From NCBI GenBank assembly GCA_963816185.1, contig CAWFJJ010000024.1, forward strand, positions 480,001 to 544,000: a stretch of 64,000 nt of DNA, in the 5' to 3' direction. Under the pieces are notes generated by a model. That model had not been told where the DNA came from. It did no database searches and was given only the letters and a program-made list of their open reading frames with translations. The stretch is from Thermoanaerobaculia bacterium (lineage in GTDB: Bacteria > Acidobacteriota > Thermoanaerobaculia > UBA5066). Shown piece by piece: positions 19,336-30,063 of the stretch. The position numbers were made by a program, and so were the translations under genes. Position 1 is the first letter of the stretch, and each line of letters opens with the position of its first letter.

Positions 19336-22300
19336 ATGGCGAGCAAACGCGACGCTCTCGTGGCTTCGGCCGAGAAATCCCTCGCGAAGGGGAAGGTCGA
19401 CTCCGCCCTGAAGGACTACCAGAAGGTCCTCGAGGAGATTCCCGGCGACGTCAACATCCTGAACAAGGTCGGTGATCTCCTCACGCGCCTCAACCGCAAC
19501 GAGGAGGCCATCCCGTATTTCACGAAGATCGCCGAGCACTTCGCCCGCGACGGCTTCTTCCTGCGCGGCATCGCGATCTACAAGAAGATCAACCGGCTGG
19601 ATCCGTCCCGCCTCGACGTCTACGAGCGGCTCGCCGAGCTCTACGCGAAGCAGGGCCTCACGACGGAGGCGAAGAGCCAGTATCAGGTGCTCGCGGACTA
19701 TCACGCGAAGAACGACAACCCCGTCGCCGCGATGGGGATCTACCAGAAGATGGCGTTGACGGACCCGTCGAACATCCAGCTGCACGTCAAGCTGGCGGAT
19801 CTTTACTCGCAGGCGCGCCGCAAGATCGACGCCCTCAAGGAATACGCGATCGTCGCGGGGCTCCTACGCGAGCGCGGCGCTCTCGACGAGTCGATCCAGG
19901 TTTACGAGAAGGCGTTGCAGATGTCGCCGGACAACGCCGAGATCCTGCGCTCGTTCGTGCCGATTCTCCTGGAGTCGGGTCGTGCGCGCGACGCGCGCGT
20001 CGCCCTGCGCCGGGCGTTGGAGACGACGCCGCGGTCCGTGCCGCTGTTCCTGCTCTCGGCGGAAGCCGCGCTCGCCGAGAACGACGTGCGCGAGGCCCAG
20101 GAATGGGTGTCGAAGGCCCAGTCGATCGAGTCCTCGAGCGCCGAGGTGCTCGCGCTCGCCCTGAAGGTCCAGCAGGCCGGCGGCGCGATGACGTTGTCGT
20201 TCGAGTCCGCGGCGGTCCTCGCCGATCAGGCGATGCGGCGGGGCGAGGCGAAGAAGGCTCTTTCGATCCTCTCTCCGCTCGCGGAGGCGAATCCCGGTCG
20301 GGAGGACGTACTCTTGCGAGTCATTCAGGTCGCAGAAGCGGCCGGTGACACGAAGACGCTGATCCGCTGGCGGTCGGCGCTCGTGGATGCCCACAAGTCC
20401 ATGGGCCGCATCGGAGACGCCGCGACCGGCCTGCGCGCGCTGCTGCAGCTCGTGCCGGACTCCGCCGAGTACCGCACCCGGCTCGCCCAGCTCGAGCCTT
20501 CGGCGGCGCGCCCTGACGCGGACCGGAGCGGCCCAAGCGCTCAGCCGACGATCCCGGTCGTTCCTCCGCTCGAGACGAGCGGGAAACGCCCGCGCTCTTC
20601 CATGGAGATAAGCGCGCAGCGCCGCGTTCCCGTCGAGCCCGCCGTGCCGATTCCGCCGCCGCCCTCCTTCGCTCCGGCCTCTCCTGCCGCCGAAGCCGCC
20701 GAAGGCGAGTTCATCCTCGAGCTCGAGGACGATCAGCTCGTCCATGAACCCGGCTCGACCGGGCCGGTTCCGAATGCGGTCCGCCGCCTCTCGAAGCCCG
20801 GGACGGCCTCGTTTTCCCCGCCTTCCGCGCCGCCGCCCCTCGCGCCGCCCCCTGTGACGCTTCCTCCCGTAGAACCTCTCGAGCCTGCGCGGGAGGTCGA
20901 GGCTTCGATGTTCACACCCTCCCTGGACGAGGGAGTGCCGGGCTGGTCCGAGGCGCCGCGTCCGGCGCCGATCGAGACGGATTTCGAGGTCGAGACCGCG
21001 CTCCCGGCCGACGAGTTCCAGGTGCCGGTCGAGCCCGCGGAGCTCCCCTCGGTTCCCTCGGAAGCCGAGCCGATCGAGCTCTCGGGCGAGCCCCTTCCAG
21101 CCGTCGAGCAGCCGGCACCCGCCTCGGAGCCCGAGGCGCCGGCGGAAGAGGCTCTGGCTCCGGATGCGATCGAATCCGCGCTCGCCGAGGCGGACGTCTT
21201 CCGGAAGTACGGCCTCTACGACAAGGCCGTCGACCATCTCAGGGGAATCCTGAAGCGCGCGCCGGATACTCTTCCGCTTCGCGAGAAGCTCTTCGAGCTC
21301 GCTCTCGAGGGTGGACGAAAGAACGTCGCCATCGCCGAGGCCGAGCGGCTCAAGAGTCTCTACCGGACCGAGGGGCGCGACGATCGCGTCTCCGCGATCG
21401 ATGCGCTGCTCGTCGAGCGCACGAGCGCCGAGATGGGGGAGGCGAGCGAGTCGCATCCAGGCCTTCCGGCGGCCCTCAAGGACACTCTTCCGCGCGCGCG
21501 ACCTTCAAAGGAGCCCGTGTCCCCGGCCGCCCCTCCGGTCCCGGCAGCTCCGGTCGAGCCCGTCGAGCCTGCCGCGGCGGCGACCGAGCCTCCGGCCGAC
21601 GAGCTCCTCGAGATCGATTTTTGCCTCGAGCAGGGGATGGTCGTCGACGCTTCGGAGAGGCTTCAGACTCTGGAGCGCCTTTTCCCGGGGCACCCACAGC
21701 TCGCACGAAGGCGGTTGCGTCTCGAGGGTGGCGCAGCCGAGGACGCGCGGCCGGCCCTGCGAGACATCCTCTCGGAGGATTTCGAATCGGTTCTCGACGC
21801 CGAGCTTGGCCGGGCTCTGACGGACGAGATGGCGCGTGGCGCCGAGAGCGTTCCTCCTGCGACGCCCGTGCCGGGCCCCCCGGCTCCCCCCCTGGACGAG
21901 TCGTCGCTCTTCTCCGACGAGCAGGAGTTCTTCAACTTCGCGGGCGAGCTTCAGACGGAGATGAAGCAGGAGGCCGGCGCGCCCGCCGTCCCCGAGGTGA
22001 GCGGGGGCGACGTGCCGCTCGAGGAGATCTTCCGCGAGTTCAAGAAGGGCGTCGAGCAGCAGCTCTCGCCGGAGGACTTCGAGACGCACTACAACCTCGG
22101 CATCGCCTACAAGGAGATGTCCCTCACGGACGAAGCCATCAGCGAGTTTCAGAGAGCCGCGAAGAGCCCGCAGTACGCGGTGGAATGCTGCTCGATGCTG
22201 GGACTGTGCTTCCTGGAGAAGGGCCTCCCTCAGCTCGCGATCAAGTGGTACCGCAAGGGCCTCGACAACCCCGGAATCCGCGAGGAAGACCGCCTCGGCC

Positions 22301-22437
22301 TGCAGTACGACCTCGCGAACCTCTATGCGGACCTCGGAGACCGCGAGAACGCCTACCGGACGTTCCTGGAGATCTACGGTTCGAACGCCTCGTTCCGCGA
22401 CGTCGGCGAACGGCTCAAAGAGCTTGCCCCGGCCTGA
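19336..22437 (+). CDS. Large tetratricopeptide-repeat protein with a Pro/Glu-rich linker
   Basis: N-terminal TPRs, about 400 aa low-complexity linker, C-terminal THYNLGIAYKEM TPR module. Confidence 0.85.
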   Translation: MASKRDALVASAEKSLAKGKVDSALKDYQKVLEEIPGDVNILNKVGDLLTRLNRNEEAIPYFTKIAEHFARDGFFLRGIAIYKKINRLDPSRLDVYERLAELYAKQGLTTEAKSQYQVLADYHAKNDNPVAAMGIYQKMALTDPSNIQLHVKLADLYSQARRKIDALKEYAIVAGLLRERGALDESIQVYEKALQMSPDNAEILRSFVPILLESGRARDARVALRRALETTPRSVPLFLLSAEAALAENDVREAQEWVSKAQSIESSSAEVLALALKVQQAGGAMTLSFESAAVLADQAMRRGEAKKALSILSPLAEANPGREDVLLRVIQVAEAAGDTKTLIRWRSALVDAHKSMGRIGDAATGLRALLQLVPDSAEYRTRLAQLEPSAARPDADRSGPSAQPTIPVVPPLETSGKRPRSSMEISAQRRVPVEPAVPIPPPPSFAPASPAAEAAEGEFILELEDDQLVHEPGSTGPVPNAVRRLSKPGTASFSPPSAPPPLAPPPVTLPPVEPLEPAREVEASMFTPSLDEGVPGWSEAPRPAPIETDFEVETALPADEFQVPVEPAELPSVPSEAEPIELSGEPLPAVEQPAPASEPEAPAEEALAPDAIESALAEADVFRKYGLYDKAVDHLRGILKRAPDTLPLREKLFELALEGGRKNVAIAEAERLKSLYRTEGRDDRVSAIDALLVERTSAEMGEASESHPGLPAALKDTLPRARPSKEPVSPAAPPVPAAPVEPVEPAAAATEPPADELLEIDFCLEQGMVVDASERLQTLERLFPGHPQLARRRLRLEGGAAEDARPALRDILSEDFESVLDAELGRALTDEMARGAESVPPATPVPGPPAPPLDESSLFSDEQEFFNFAGELQTEMKQEAGAPAVPEVSGGDVPLEEIFREFKKGVEQQLSPEDFETHYNLGIAYKEMSLTDEAISEFQRAAKSPQYAVECCSMLGLCFLEKGLPQLAIKWYRKGLDNPGIREEDRLGLQYDLANLYADLGDRENAYRTFLEIYGSNASFRDVGERLKELAPA

Positions 22438-22465
22438 GGCGCGGCCGGCTCTCCTGAGATCCGCC

Positions 22466-23470
22466 GTGTCCGGCGTCGCCGCCCCGCTCCTTTCGGTCCG
22501 TGCTCTCACGATCGTGGTCCCGGGTCCCTCCGGAGGCGAGGTTCCGGCTGTGGACGGGGTTTCCTTCGACCTCGAAGCAGGCGAGATCGTCGCCCTCGTC
22601 GGGGAGTCGGGATGCGGCAAGACGCTGACGTCTCTCGCGCTTCTGGACCTCGAGTCTCCTCCGGTGCGCGTGGTCTCCGGAGACGTTCTCTTCGCAGGCC
22701 GCGACGTGCGGGCGCTTCCCGCACGTGAAAAGGAGCGTCTGCGCGGAGGGGGGATCGGGCTCGTTTTCCAGGAGCCGGCCGCCGCGCTCGACCCGGTGCG
22801 GACCATCGGCCGGGAGCTGACGGACGTAATCGAACGGCATCGCGGCCTGTCTCGAAAGACGGCAGCCGTCGAGGCCGAGCGCTGGCTCCGGCGCGTGTCC
22901 CTTCCTGATCCCTCCAGGCAGAAGAACGCCTTTCCCCACCAGCTCTCCGGCGGGATGCGCCAGCGCGCTCTTCTCGCCCTCGCCCTCGGCGGAGGCCCTC
23001 GCCTTCTCGTGGCCGACGAGCCGACGGCCGCGCTCGACGTCACCGTTCAGGCGCAGGTGCTCGACCTTCTCCTCGAGCTCCGAGACGAGCTCTCTCTCGC
23101 CGTTCTTCTCGTCACCCACGACCTCGGCGTCGTGGCGGAGGCCGCGGACCGCGTTCTCGTCATGTACGCGGGCGAGATCGTGGAAAGCGCGGCCGTAGGA
23201 GAGCTCTTCGCGCGCCCCCGACATCCCTACACGCGCGCACTCCTCGCTGCTCGCCCGGGGTCCGCGCCGCCCGATTCCGCACATCTCGCCTCCCTTCGCG
23301 GTGCGGTGCCCGAGCCAGGCAGGAGGCCGCCGGGCTGCGCGTTCGAGCCGCGCTGCCCCCAGGCGTTCGGACGGTGCGTGGCGGCGCGGCCGATCCTCGT
23401 GCCCGCGGGCGCGGGCGCCGAGGCCGCGTGTTTCCTCCTCGACGGTGCTCCGGAAGCGCGGGTCTCATGA
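22466..23470 (+). CDS. Oligo/dipeptide ABC transporter ATP-binding protein (DppD/OppD-like)
   Basis: GESGCGKT, LSGGMRQR, DEPT, HPYT, Cys-rich C-terminus. Confidence 0.92.
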   Translation: MSGVAAPLLSVRALTIVVPGPSGGEVPAVDGVSFDLEAGEIVALVGESGCGKTLTSLALLDLESPPVRVVSGDVLFAGRDVRALPAREKERLRGGGIGLVFQEPAAALDPVRTIGRELTDVIERHRGLSRKTAAVEAERWLRRVSLPDPSRQKNAFPHQLSGGMRQRALLALALGGGPRLLVADEPTAALDVTVQAQVLDLLLELRDELSLAVLLVTHDLGVVAEAADRVLVMYAGEIVESAAVGELFARPRHPYTRALLAARPGSAPPDSAHLASLRGAVPEPGRRPPGCAFEPRCPQAFGRCVAARPILVPAGAGAEAACFLLDGAPEARVS

Positions 23471-24448
23471 GCGCGACTCCGCCCGCTCCTCTCCTTTCCG
23501 TCCGCGACCTCCACAAGACATTCGCCTCGAAGGCCGGCCGCGTGACCGCCCTGCACGGCGTCGGCTTCGATCTCGCCGCCGGTTCCACTCTCGCTCTCGT
23601 GGGGGAGTCGGGCTCCGGCAAGACGACCACGGCGCGCGTCGTCCTGCGCCTCGCATCGCCCGACCGGGGCTCGGTGTCTTTTCGACGGGGCCGACTGGCT
23701 CGCTCTTCCGGCCCGCGAGCTGAACCGGCGGCGCCGGGACGTCGGCGTCGTCTTTCAGGATCCGGCGACCTCGCTCGATCCCCGGCTGACCATCGGCGAG
23801 ATCGTCGCCGAGCCGCTCGCGATCCATGGAATCGGGGCCCGGGCCCAGCGGCGGGCGCGGGCGGCCGCCCTCGTCGCCTCGGTAGAGCTACCCGCCTCGG
23901 CCCTCGCGCGGCACCCGCGCGAGCTTTCGGGCGGGCAAAGGCAGCGGGTCGCGATCGCACGCGCCCTCGCGACGGAGCCACGGCTCGTGGTGCTCGACGA
24001 GCCCGTTTCGGCGCTCGACGTCTCCGTCCGGTCGCAGATCCTCAACCTCCTCCGGGATCTCCAGAGGGGCGCTCCTTCGCGGCCGGCTTACCTCTTCATC
24101 GGTCACGATCTTTCGGTCGTCCGGTGGATCGCCGATCGCACGGCCGTGATGTACATGGGGCGCATCGTCGAAGAGGCCCCGACGCCACTCCTGTTCTCCT
24201 CGCCCCGCCATCCCTACACGGCCCTTCTGCTCGCGTCCCGGCCCCGGGAAACACCCGGACCGCGGCGTTTGCTCCCGACCGCTCCCACGGAGACGCCGTC
24301 GCCAGTCGATCCGCCCCCAGGCTGCCCCTTTCATCCACGCTGCGCCTTTGCTCGGCCGGTTTGCGCGCAGGAGATGCCGGCCCTCGTTTCCGACGCGGCG
24401 GAAGGTGCGAGAACCTTCGCCTGCCATGCGCCTCTCGGGGACTCTTGA
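23467..24448 (+). CDS. Oligo/dipeptide ABC ATP-binding protein (DppF/OppF-like), frameshift near 23680
   Basis: GESGSGKTT in frame 1; [20 protein letters not shown] and GCPFHPRC in frame 2; extra T in a T-run. Confidence 0.85.
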
Positions 24449-24546
24449 AGAGGCGCTGGCGGGAAACTTTTCCGTCTCGAGCCCGTACTGTTTGAGCGAT
24501 GCTATTCCCCTATCATCTCCTTCCCTTCAGGAGGCTTTCGTGACTC

Positions 24547-26212
24547 GTGACCGCTCCCCGAACCCTGCACGTCCGCACGGGTTGCTGCTTCTGCATCGTG
24601 GCGGTCCTCGCCGCGGCTCTTGCCGCTCCCGCCGCGCGTGCCGACGACACCCTTTCGCTGCCCGTCAGCGCGAAGGCCCGCCGGCCGGTTCCCCTGCCTT
24701 CCGGCGAGAAGATCGAGCTCTCGCTCAAGCAGACGATCGCGCTCACGCTCCAGAACGTCCTGGACCTCGACGTCGCTTCGTACGCGCTCGAGGAAGCGAA
24801 GTTCGGCATCCAGTCGGCGAAGGGCGTCTTCGACCCGTACGTCCAGCTCGATCTCGGGGCGTCCGACACGCAGAACGCGACGGCTTCGCGGCTCCAGTCG
24901 AGCGAGACGAAGACGGCGAACGGCAACTTCACGTTCGCCGGCCTCCTGCCTTACGGAACCACGTATGCCCTGGGCTGGACGAATCACGCGGCTCGACCAG
25001 GCGATTCCGGGCTTCACGACGATCAACCCCACGTATACGAGCGGGCTCGCGGCCAGCTTCACGCAGCCCCTTCTTCGCAACTTCGGCCGGGCCGCCAACG
25101 AGCGGCTCGTCGTGCAGGCGAGGATCTCGCGCGATTCCTCGTCCTACGACTTCGTGCGCGCGGTCCAGTCGGCGATCAATCTCGCCGAGAACGCCTACTG
25201 GGACCTCGTCTACGCCGACGAGAACCTGCGCGCCAAGCAGGAGGCTCTCGACCGCGCGAAGGACCTCAACCGCATCACCCAGATCAAGATCGACGTCGGC
25301 GCTCTCGCCCCGATCGACATCGTGCAGACCGAAGTCACGATCGCGCAGCGCGAGCAGGACATCATCACGGCCGAAGGCCTGATCGGCGACGCCGAGGACC
25401 GGCTGCGCCGCCTGTTGAACGTGCAGTCGCTGCCCGACTGGGACCGGCCCATCGTGCCGACGGACCGTCCCACCCGCGAGTCCCTCCAGCACGGCTTTCA
25501 GGCGGAGGTGGACGCCGGCTTCAAGCGTGCGCTCGAGACCCGGCCCGAGGTGAAGCAGGCTCTCCTCACGATCGAGTCGAAGAAGGTCACGCGCGCGTAC
25601 ACGAAGAACCAGCTCATGCCGCGCCTCGATTTGTCGGGCAGCTACGGCTTCAACGGCCTCGGCGCGCAGGCGCTCCTCCAGAATTCCGACGGGACCCTGA
25701 CCCAGCTCAACTACAGCGACGCGCTTCAGGACCTCGCGCACCGGACGTATCCGGCCTGGACGCTGGGCGTCACGTTCGTCGTGCCGATCGGCAACAACGT
25801 CGCGCGCGGAAACGACGCCCTCGCGGTCGCCGATCTCGAGCTCGCGCGCACGAACTTCGCGATCACGAAGGCGAACCTCAACGTCGAGGTGCGCGCTGCG
25901 GCGCGTGCGATCGACATCGGGTACCGTACCGTTGCCGCGGCCACGAAGGCGCGCGAGCTGGCCGAACGGAATCTGGACGCCGAAAAGAAGAAGTTCGAGA
26001 ACGGCATGTCGACGACGTTCCAGGTCGCCCAGGTCGCCAACGACCTCACGACGGCCGTCACGAACGAGCTCCAGGCGGTCGCGACGTACCTGAAAGACAT
26101 TTCGGCGTGGCACAAGTCGGTGGGAGACATCCTCGACGTCAACCACGTCGTCCTCGAGGGCCTGACGGTCTCCACGGCCGCAGCCCCGGCCGAGGAAGGA
26201 TCGAGCAAGTGA
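24547..26212 (+). CDS. TolC-family outer membrane protein, frameshift near 24985
   Basis: Signal peptide, LSLKQTIALTLQN, then FTQPLLRNFG, YWDL and KKFENG; frames join at aat[c]acg. Confidence 0.82.
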
Positions 26213-26958
26213 GCGACGAATCTCCGGCCGCCCCTGCGACTGAGGCCCCGATCTCGCCCGTGTCCGCGGTCGTCGGGACGTTTTCGCGCCCTTCCGAGAC
26301 CTTCCGGCGGCTCGTCGCCCGGCCCACGTGGTGGCTGCCTCTCGCGCTGATCGTCGTTTCCACCGCGGCCTCTTGGTTCGCCGTAGCCCCCAAGATGGAC
26401 ATGGACCGCACGATTCGCGAGTCCATCGAGAAGAGGGCCGAGAAGACCGGGCGCACCATTCCGCCGGAGGCCGTCAACCGGCAGGTCGAGATGTCCACGA
26501 AGCTGATGCCGGTGTTCTTCGGCGTGGCTCTGGCCGGAAGCGCGGCCTTTCTCTTCCTCTCTGCACTCGTTTTCTGGGGCTCCGCGAAGGCGATGGGTGC
26601 CGAGGCTCGCTACACGCAGCTCCTTTCGATCTGGGGTCACGCCGGCCTTCCAAACGTGCTCGGGGCCCTCCTCGCGATTCCGATCTTTCTGCAGCTCCCC
26701 GACACCTCGTTGACTCAGGAGGGTGCTGCCCAGGTCGTCAAGTCGAACGTGGGAGCCTTCCTAGACCCGTCCGCACCCGCTCCTCTCAGGACGCTCGCCG
26801 GCTCGCTCGACGTCTTTTCGCTGGCCGCCCTCTTTCTCCTCGTGCTCGGCTTCCGCCGGTTGCCGGGCCTCTCGAGAGGCGCTGCGACGGCGACTCCGAT
26901 CGTCCTCTGGCTCGTCTACGTGATCGGTAAAGTCGCGTGGCGCGCGGTGTTTGGCTGA
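26209..26958 (+). CDS. Yip1-family membrane protein
   Basis: [18 protein letters not shown]-terminus, about 5 TM segments. Confidence 0.8.
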   Translation: MSDESPAAPATEAPISPVSAVVGTFSRPSETFRRLVARPTWWLPLALIVVSTAASWFAVAPKMDMDRTIRESIEKRAEKTGRTIPPEAVNRQVEMSTKLMPVFFGVALAGSAAFLFLSALVFWGSAKAMGAEARYTQLLSIWGHAGLPNVLGALLAIPIFLQLPDTSLTQEGAAQVVKSNVGAFLDPSAPAPLRTLAGSLDVFSLAALFLLVLGFRRLPGLSRGAATATPIVLWLVYVIGKVAWRAVFG

Positions 26959-26965
26959 GACCGCC

Positions 26966-27706
26966 ATGCTGATCGAGATGGTGGACATCGAGAAGACGTA
27001 CACGGTGGGCGAGGAGAAGGTCCGCGCGCTCCGGGGCGTCACGTTCTCGATCGACCGCGGCGAGTACGTCGCGATCATGGGACCGTCGGGGTCCGGCAAG
27101 TCCACGCTCATGAATCTGATCGGGTGCCTCGACACGCCCACGGGCGGCGTCTACAAGCTGAACGGAGCGCCGGTGCAGGAGATGACCGACGACGGGCTCG
27201 CGCGAATCCGCAACCGGGAAATCGGTTTCGTCTTCCAGACGTTCAACCTCCTGGCCCGCACGAGCGCTCTCGCCCAGGTGGAGCTGCCGCTCGTGTATGC
27301 GGGACTCTCAAAAAAGGAGCGTCGCGAGCGCGCGGAGAAAGCGCTCGCGCACGTGAGCCTCTCCGACCGCGCGCACCACAACCCGAACGAGCTGTCGGGC
27401 GGGCAGCGCCAGCGTGTCGCGATCGCGCGCGCCCTCGTGACCGGTCCGTCGCTCCTCCTCGCGGACGAGCCGACTGGAAATCTGGACTCGGCGACGGGCG
27501 AGGAGATCATGCGGCTCTTCCGCGAGCTCAACGAGCAGGGGAACGCGATCATCATCGTGACGCACGAAGAAGACATCGCAGCTCACGCGCGGCGCATCAT
27601 CCGCATCCGCGACGGCCGGATCTCGGACGACCGTCCGAACGATTCCAGCCGCGCCGAGGCGGTCGCGCGGGCGAAGCGGGCAGCTCTGGAGGCGGCGTCG
27701 GTCTGA
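26966..27706 (+). CDS. ABC transporter ATP-binding protein (LolD/MacB-like)
   Basis: [35 protein letters not shown]. Confidence 0.93.
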   Translation: MLIEMVDIEKTYTVGEEKVRALRGVTFSIDRGEYVAIMGPSGSGKSTLMNLIGCLDTPTGGVYKLNGAPVQEMTDDGLARIRNREIGFVFQTFNLLARTSALAQVELPLVYAGLSKKERRERAEKALAHVSLSDRAHHNPNELSGGQRQRVAIARALVTGPSLLLADEPTGNLDSATGEEIMRLFRELNEQGNAIIIVTHEEDIAAHARRIIRIRDGRISDDRPNDSSRAEAVARAKRAALEAASV

Positions 27707-27736
27707 GTTCGAGAGCGCATCTGACAAACTCCGCGC

Positions 27737-28605
27737 GTGGTCGCCGACGTCCTCGCGCTCGTTCTCCTTCAGCTCGCCGTCGGCCTCGCGATCTGCAATC
27801 TCCTGACGCCGTCGAAGGATCTGTCGGGCGGATTCTTCGCCCTGCACGGACTGATCGGTTGCTTTGCGCTTTGCCTGTCGTGGCTCGTTTCGGGACGCGC
27901 TGGTTTTCTGCTTAGAAGGGAAGAGGGGGAAGCCGCGCGCGGCGCGGCCGCAGCTCTCGGGGCTCAGCCGTGGTTCGCTGCGGCGCTTTTCGCCGTTGCC
28001 CTCGCGACGCTGGTTGCCCATACACTTCTCGCTCGGGCAGGCTCCGGCGCCCCTCTTGCCCTTTCTAAGAATTTCTCTTCGTCTCGACCTGCTGTGGTGT
28101 CGCTCTCCTTTTGTCGCGCGTGCGCGTGGAACCATTCGCCTCCCTCCCCGGCATCGGCCCCGCCTGGCTCGCCGCCGGGCTTCTCCTCGGCGCCCTGCTC
28201 TTCGGCGCCGTCGTGTGGGCGATGAATCTCGGGCACTGGTATCTCGTCTCGACGTCGTTGCCGTTCGGCCTCCTCGTGCGCGCGACGGAGGCCTTCGCGT
28301 GCCTCGTGCTGCTGCGGGCGGTCTTCGCCGTCGTGGCGCTCGGCCTCGTGGCGCGGGCCTCGGCGGGCGACGGGGGAGAGGCGCTCGCAGGGCTCGTCGA
28401 TCCGATGCGCGACGGCTTCTTCTTCTGGTCGCGCGTGACGTGGGGCCTCCTCGCGCCCCTCCTCCTCGCGCCGTTCGTCGTGAAGACCGCGCGCATGAAA
28501 TCGAATCAGGCCGCCACGGGGCTCCTCTACGTGGGTCTCGTGTTCGTGCTCGTCGGCGAGGTCCTCGCCGCCTACCTCACGCGGCGTTCGGGACTTCCCG
28601 TCTGA
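27737..28605 (+). CDS. Multi-TM hypothetical protein (GHWYL motif), frameshift near 28068
   Basis: Hydrophobic ORF from 27737 continues in another frame (EFLFVSTCC...MNLGHWYLV...SNQAATGLLY). Confidence 0.65.
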
Positions 28606-29765
28606 GCGCGGGCCGCGGCGCCGGAAGCGTGAGCGAGAGCGCCGCGGCGAGGATTGGCAGCGCCGCCAGGACCGGAAAGACGGATCCGACGCCCTGGCTG
28701 ATCGGCGAGGGCGCCGAGCAGAGGAACGCCCGCGCCTCCGACGCCGATCGCGAGCCCCATCGTGACGCCTCCGGCGATGCCCTCGCGTCCCGGCAGGTAT
28801 TCCTGGCCCATCACGACCGCCACGCTGTACGTCGCCACCGTGCCTGCGCCCAGGAGGACGAGGCTCGCGAGGCCTGCGATCCCCGGCCTGTGGAGAAAGA
28901 AGGCGAGAAGGGGTGCGAGCGGGAGGAGCGAGCCCACGAGAACCGCGCGGCGGCCGAAGCGGTCCGCGAGCCGACCTCCTGCCAGCGTCGCGGCCGCACC
29001 GGCGAGGAGCATCGCGGTCACGGCGAGAGCGGCTCGTTCTTTCGGGATGCCGCGAACCTTCACGAGATAGAGAGGGACGAAAGAGACGAGCCCGAACGCG
29101 AAAAGGGAGCGAACCGCGATGACGACGGAGAGGCGTGCGAAGGGTCCCCATCGAGGCGGGAGGGGCTCGCGACGGGCGACCGAGCGTGAGACTTCGGGCC
29201 GCAGGACGCGGAGGCGCGGCAGCTCGCGGGCGAGGAGCGCCGCCATGAGGCACGCCGGCACGGCCATCCAGACGATGCGCGCGACGCCTCCGGAACCCGC
29301 GAGAAGCGAGATCGCGACCGGCCCGAGCGCGATTCCGAGATTTCCGCCCACGGAAAACACGCTCATTCCCGTCGCGCGGCTCTCGCCGGACGCATAGTTC
29401 GCGTAGCGCGCGCTCTCGGGGTGGAAGGCCGCGACGCCCGCGCCTGAGAGAAGGATCGCGGCGATCGTCGCGTTGTAGCCCGTGACGACGCCGGCGAGCG
29501 CGAGGCCGCAGCCCGCGGCGAGAACCGCGAGGGGGATGAGGAAAGGGAGAGGCCGGCGGTCGGAGAGGTGCCCGAGGACCGGCTGGACGAGCGACGAGAG
29601 CAGCGTCGCGGCGAGGACGACGCCTCCCGCCGCCGTGTACGAGAGGCCGCGCTCGGCGATGAGAAAGGGCAGCAGCGCCGGCACGGCGCCCTGGTTCATG
29701 TCGTTGACGACGTGGCCGGCGGCGAGCCAGCCGAGGGCGCGGCGGACGATCGGGCGGTTCGCCAT
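28577..29765 (-). CDS. MFS transporter (Fsr/fosmidomycin-resistance type), frameshift near 28700
   Basis: HVVND, QPVLGHLSDR, AAFHPE, GGNLG and GGRLADRFGRR; last TM restored by removing one base. Confidence 0.85.
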
Positions 29766-29852
29766 GAGCTGGGCAATGGTAAGAGACAGAGAGGGAGAGA
29801 AGAAGATCTTCTTAGAAAGATCAAGAGGGGACCGAAGAGAAGATTTCGGATT

Positions 29853-30026
29853 GTTCCTATATGCGGCGGCCGCAGTTGCGGCCGCCGGCAATAGGAACTC
29901 CCGGATGTCCGGTGTCAAGGGTCTTCGACCGCTACGCGGCGCGCGTAGCGCGCCCTTGACTCCGGACATCCGGGGAGCACGTTTACCGCCGTCGGCGGCT
30001 GCATCAGCAGCCGCCGCATATAAGAA
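29853..30026. repeat. Composite hairpin (REPIN-like) repeat, copy 1
   Basis: Hairpin B (29853-29898), hairpin A (29898-29977), inverted hairpin B (29992-30026); cores shared with 45711-45838. Confidence 0.8.
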
Positions 30027-30063
30027 GAAATCTCCTCCTCCTCGTTCCACGTATCCTCGATTC

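Noticed and set aside
23670-23690. Programmed ribosomal frameshift in the DppF-like gene
   Set aside because: No convincing slippery heptamer with a stimulatory structure; a homopolymer indel error is simpler given five similar cases
24547-26958. Apparent TolC-Yip1 fusion (803 aa)
   Set aside because: Artefact of the frameshift near 24985; TolC continues in another frame to 26212 and Yip1 has its own GTG at 26209
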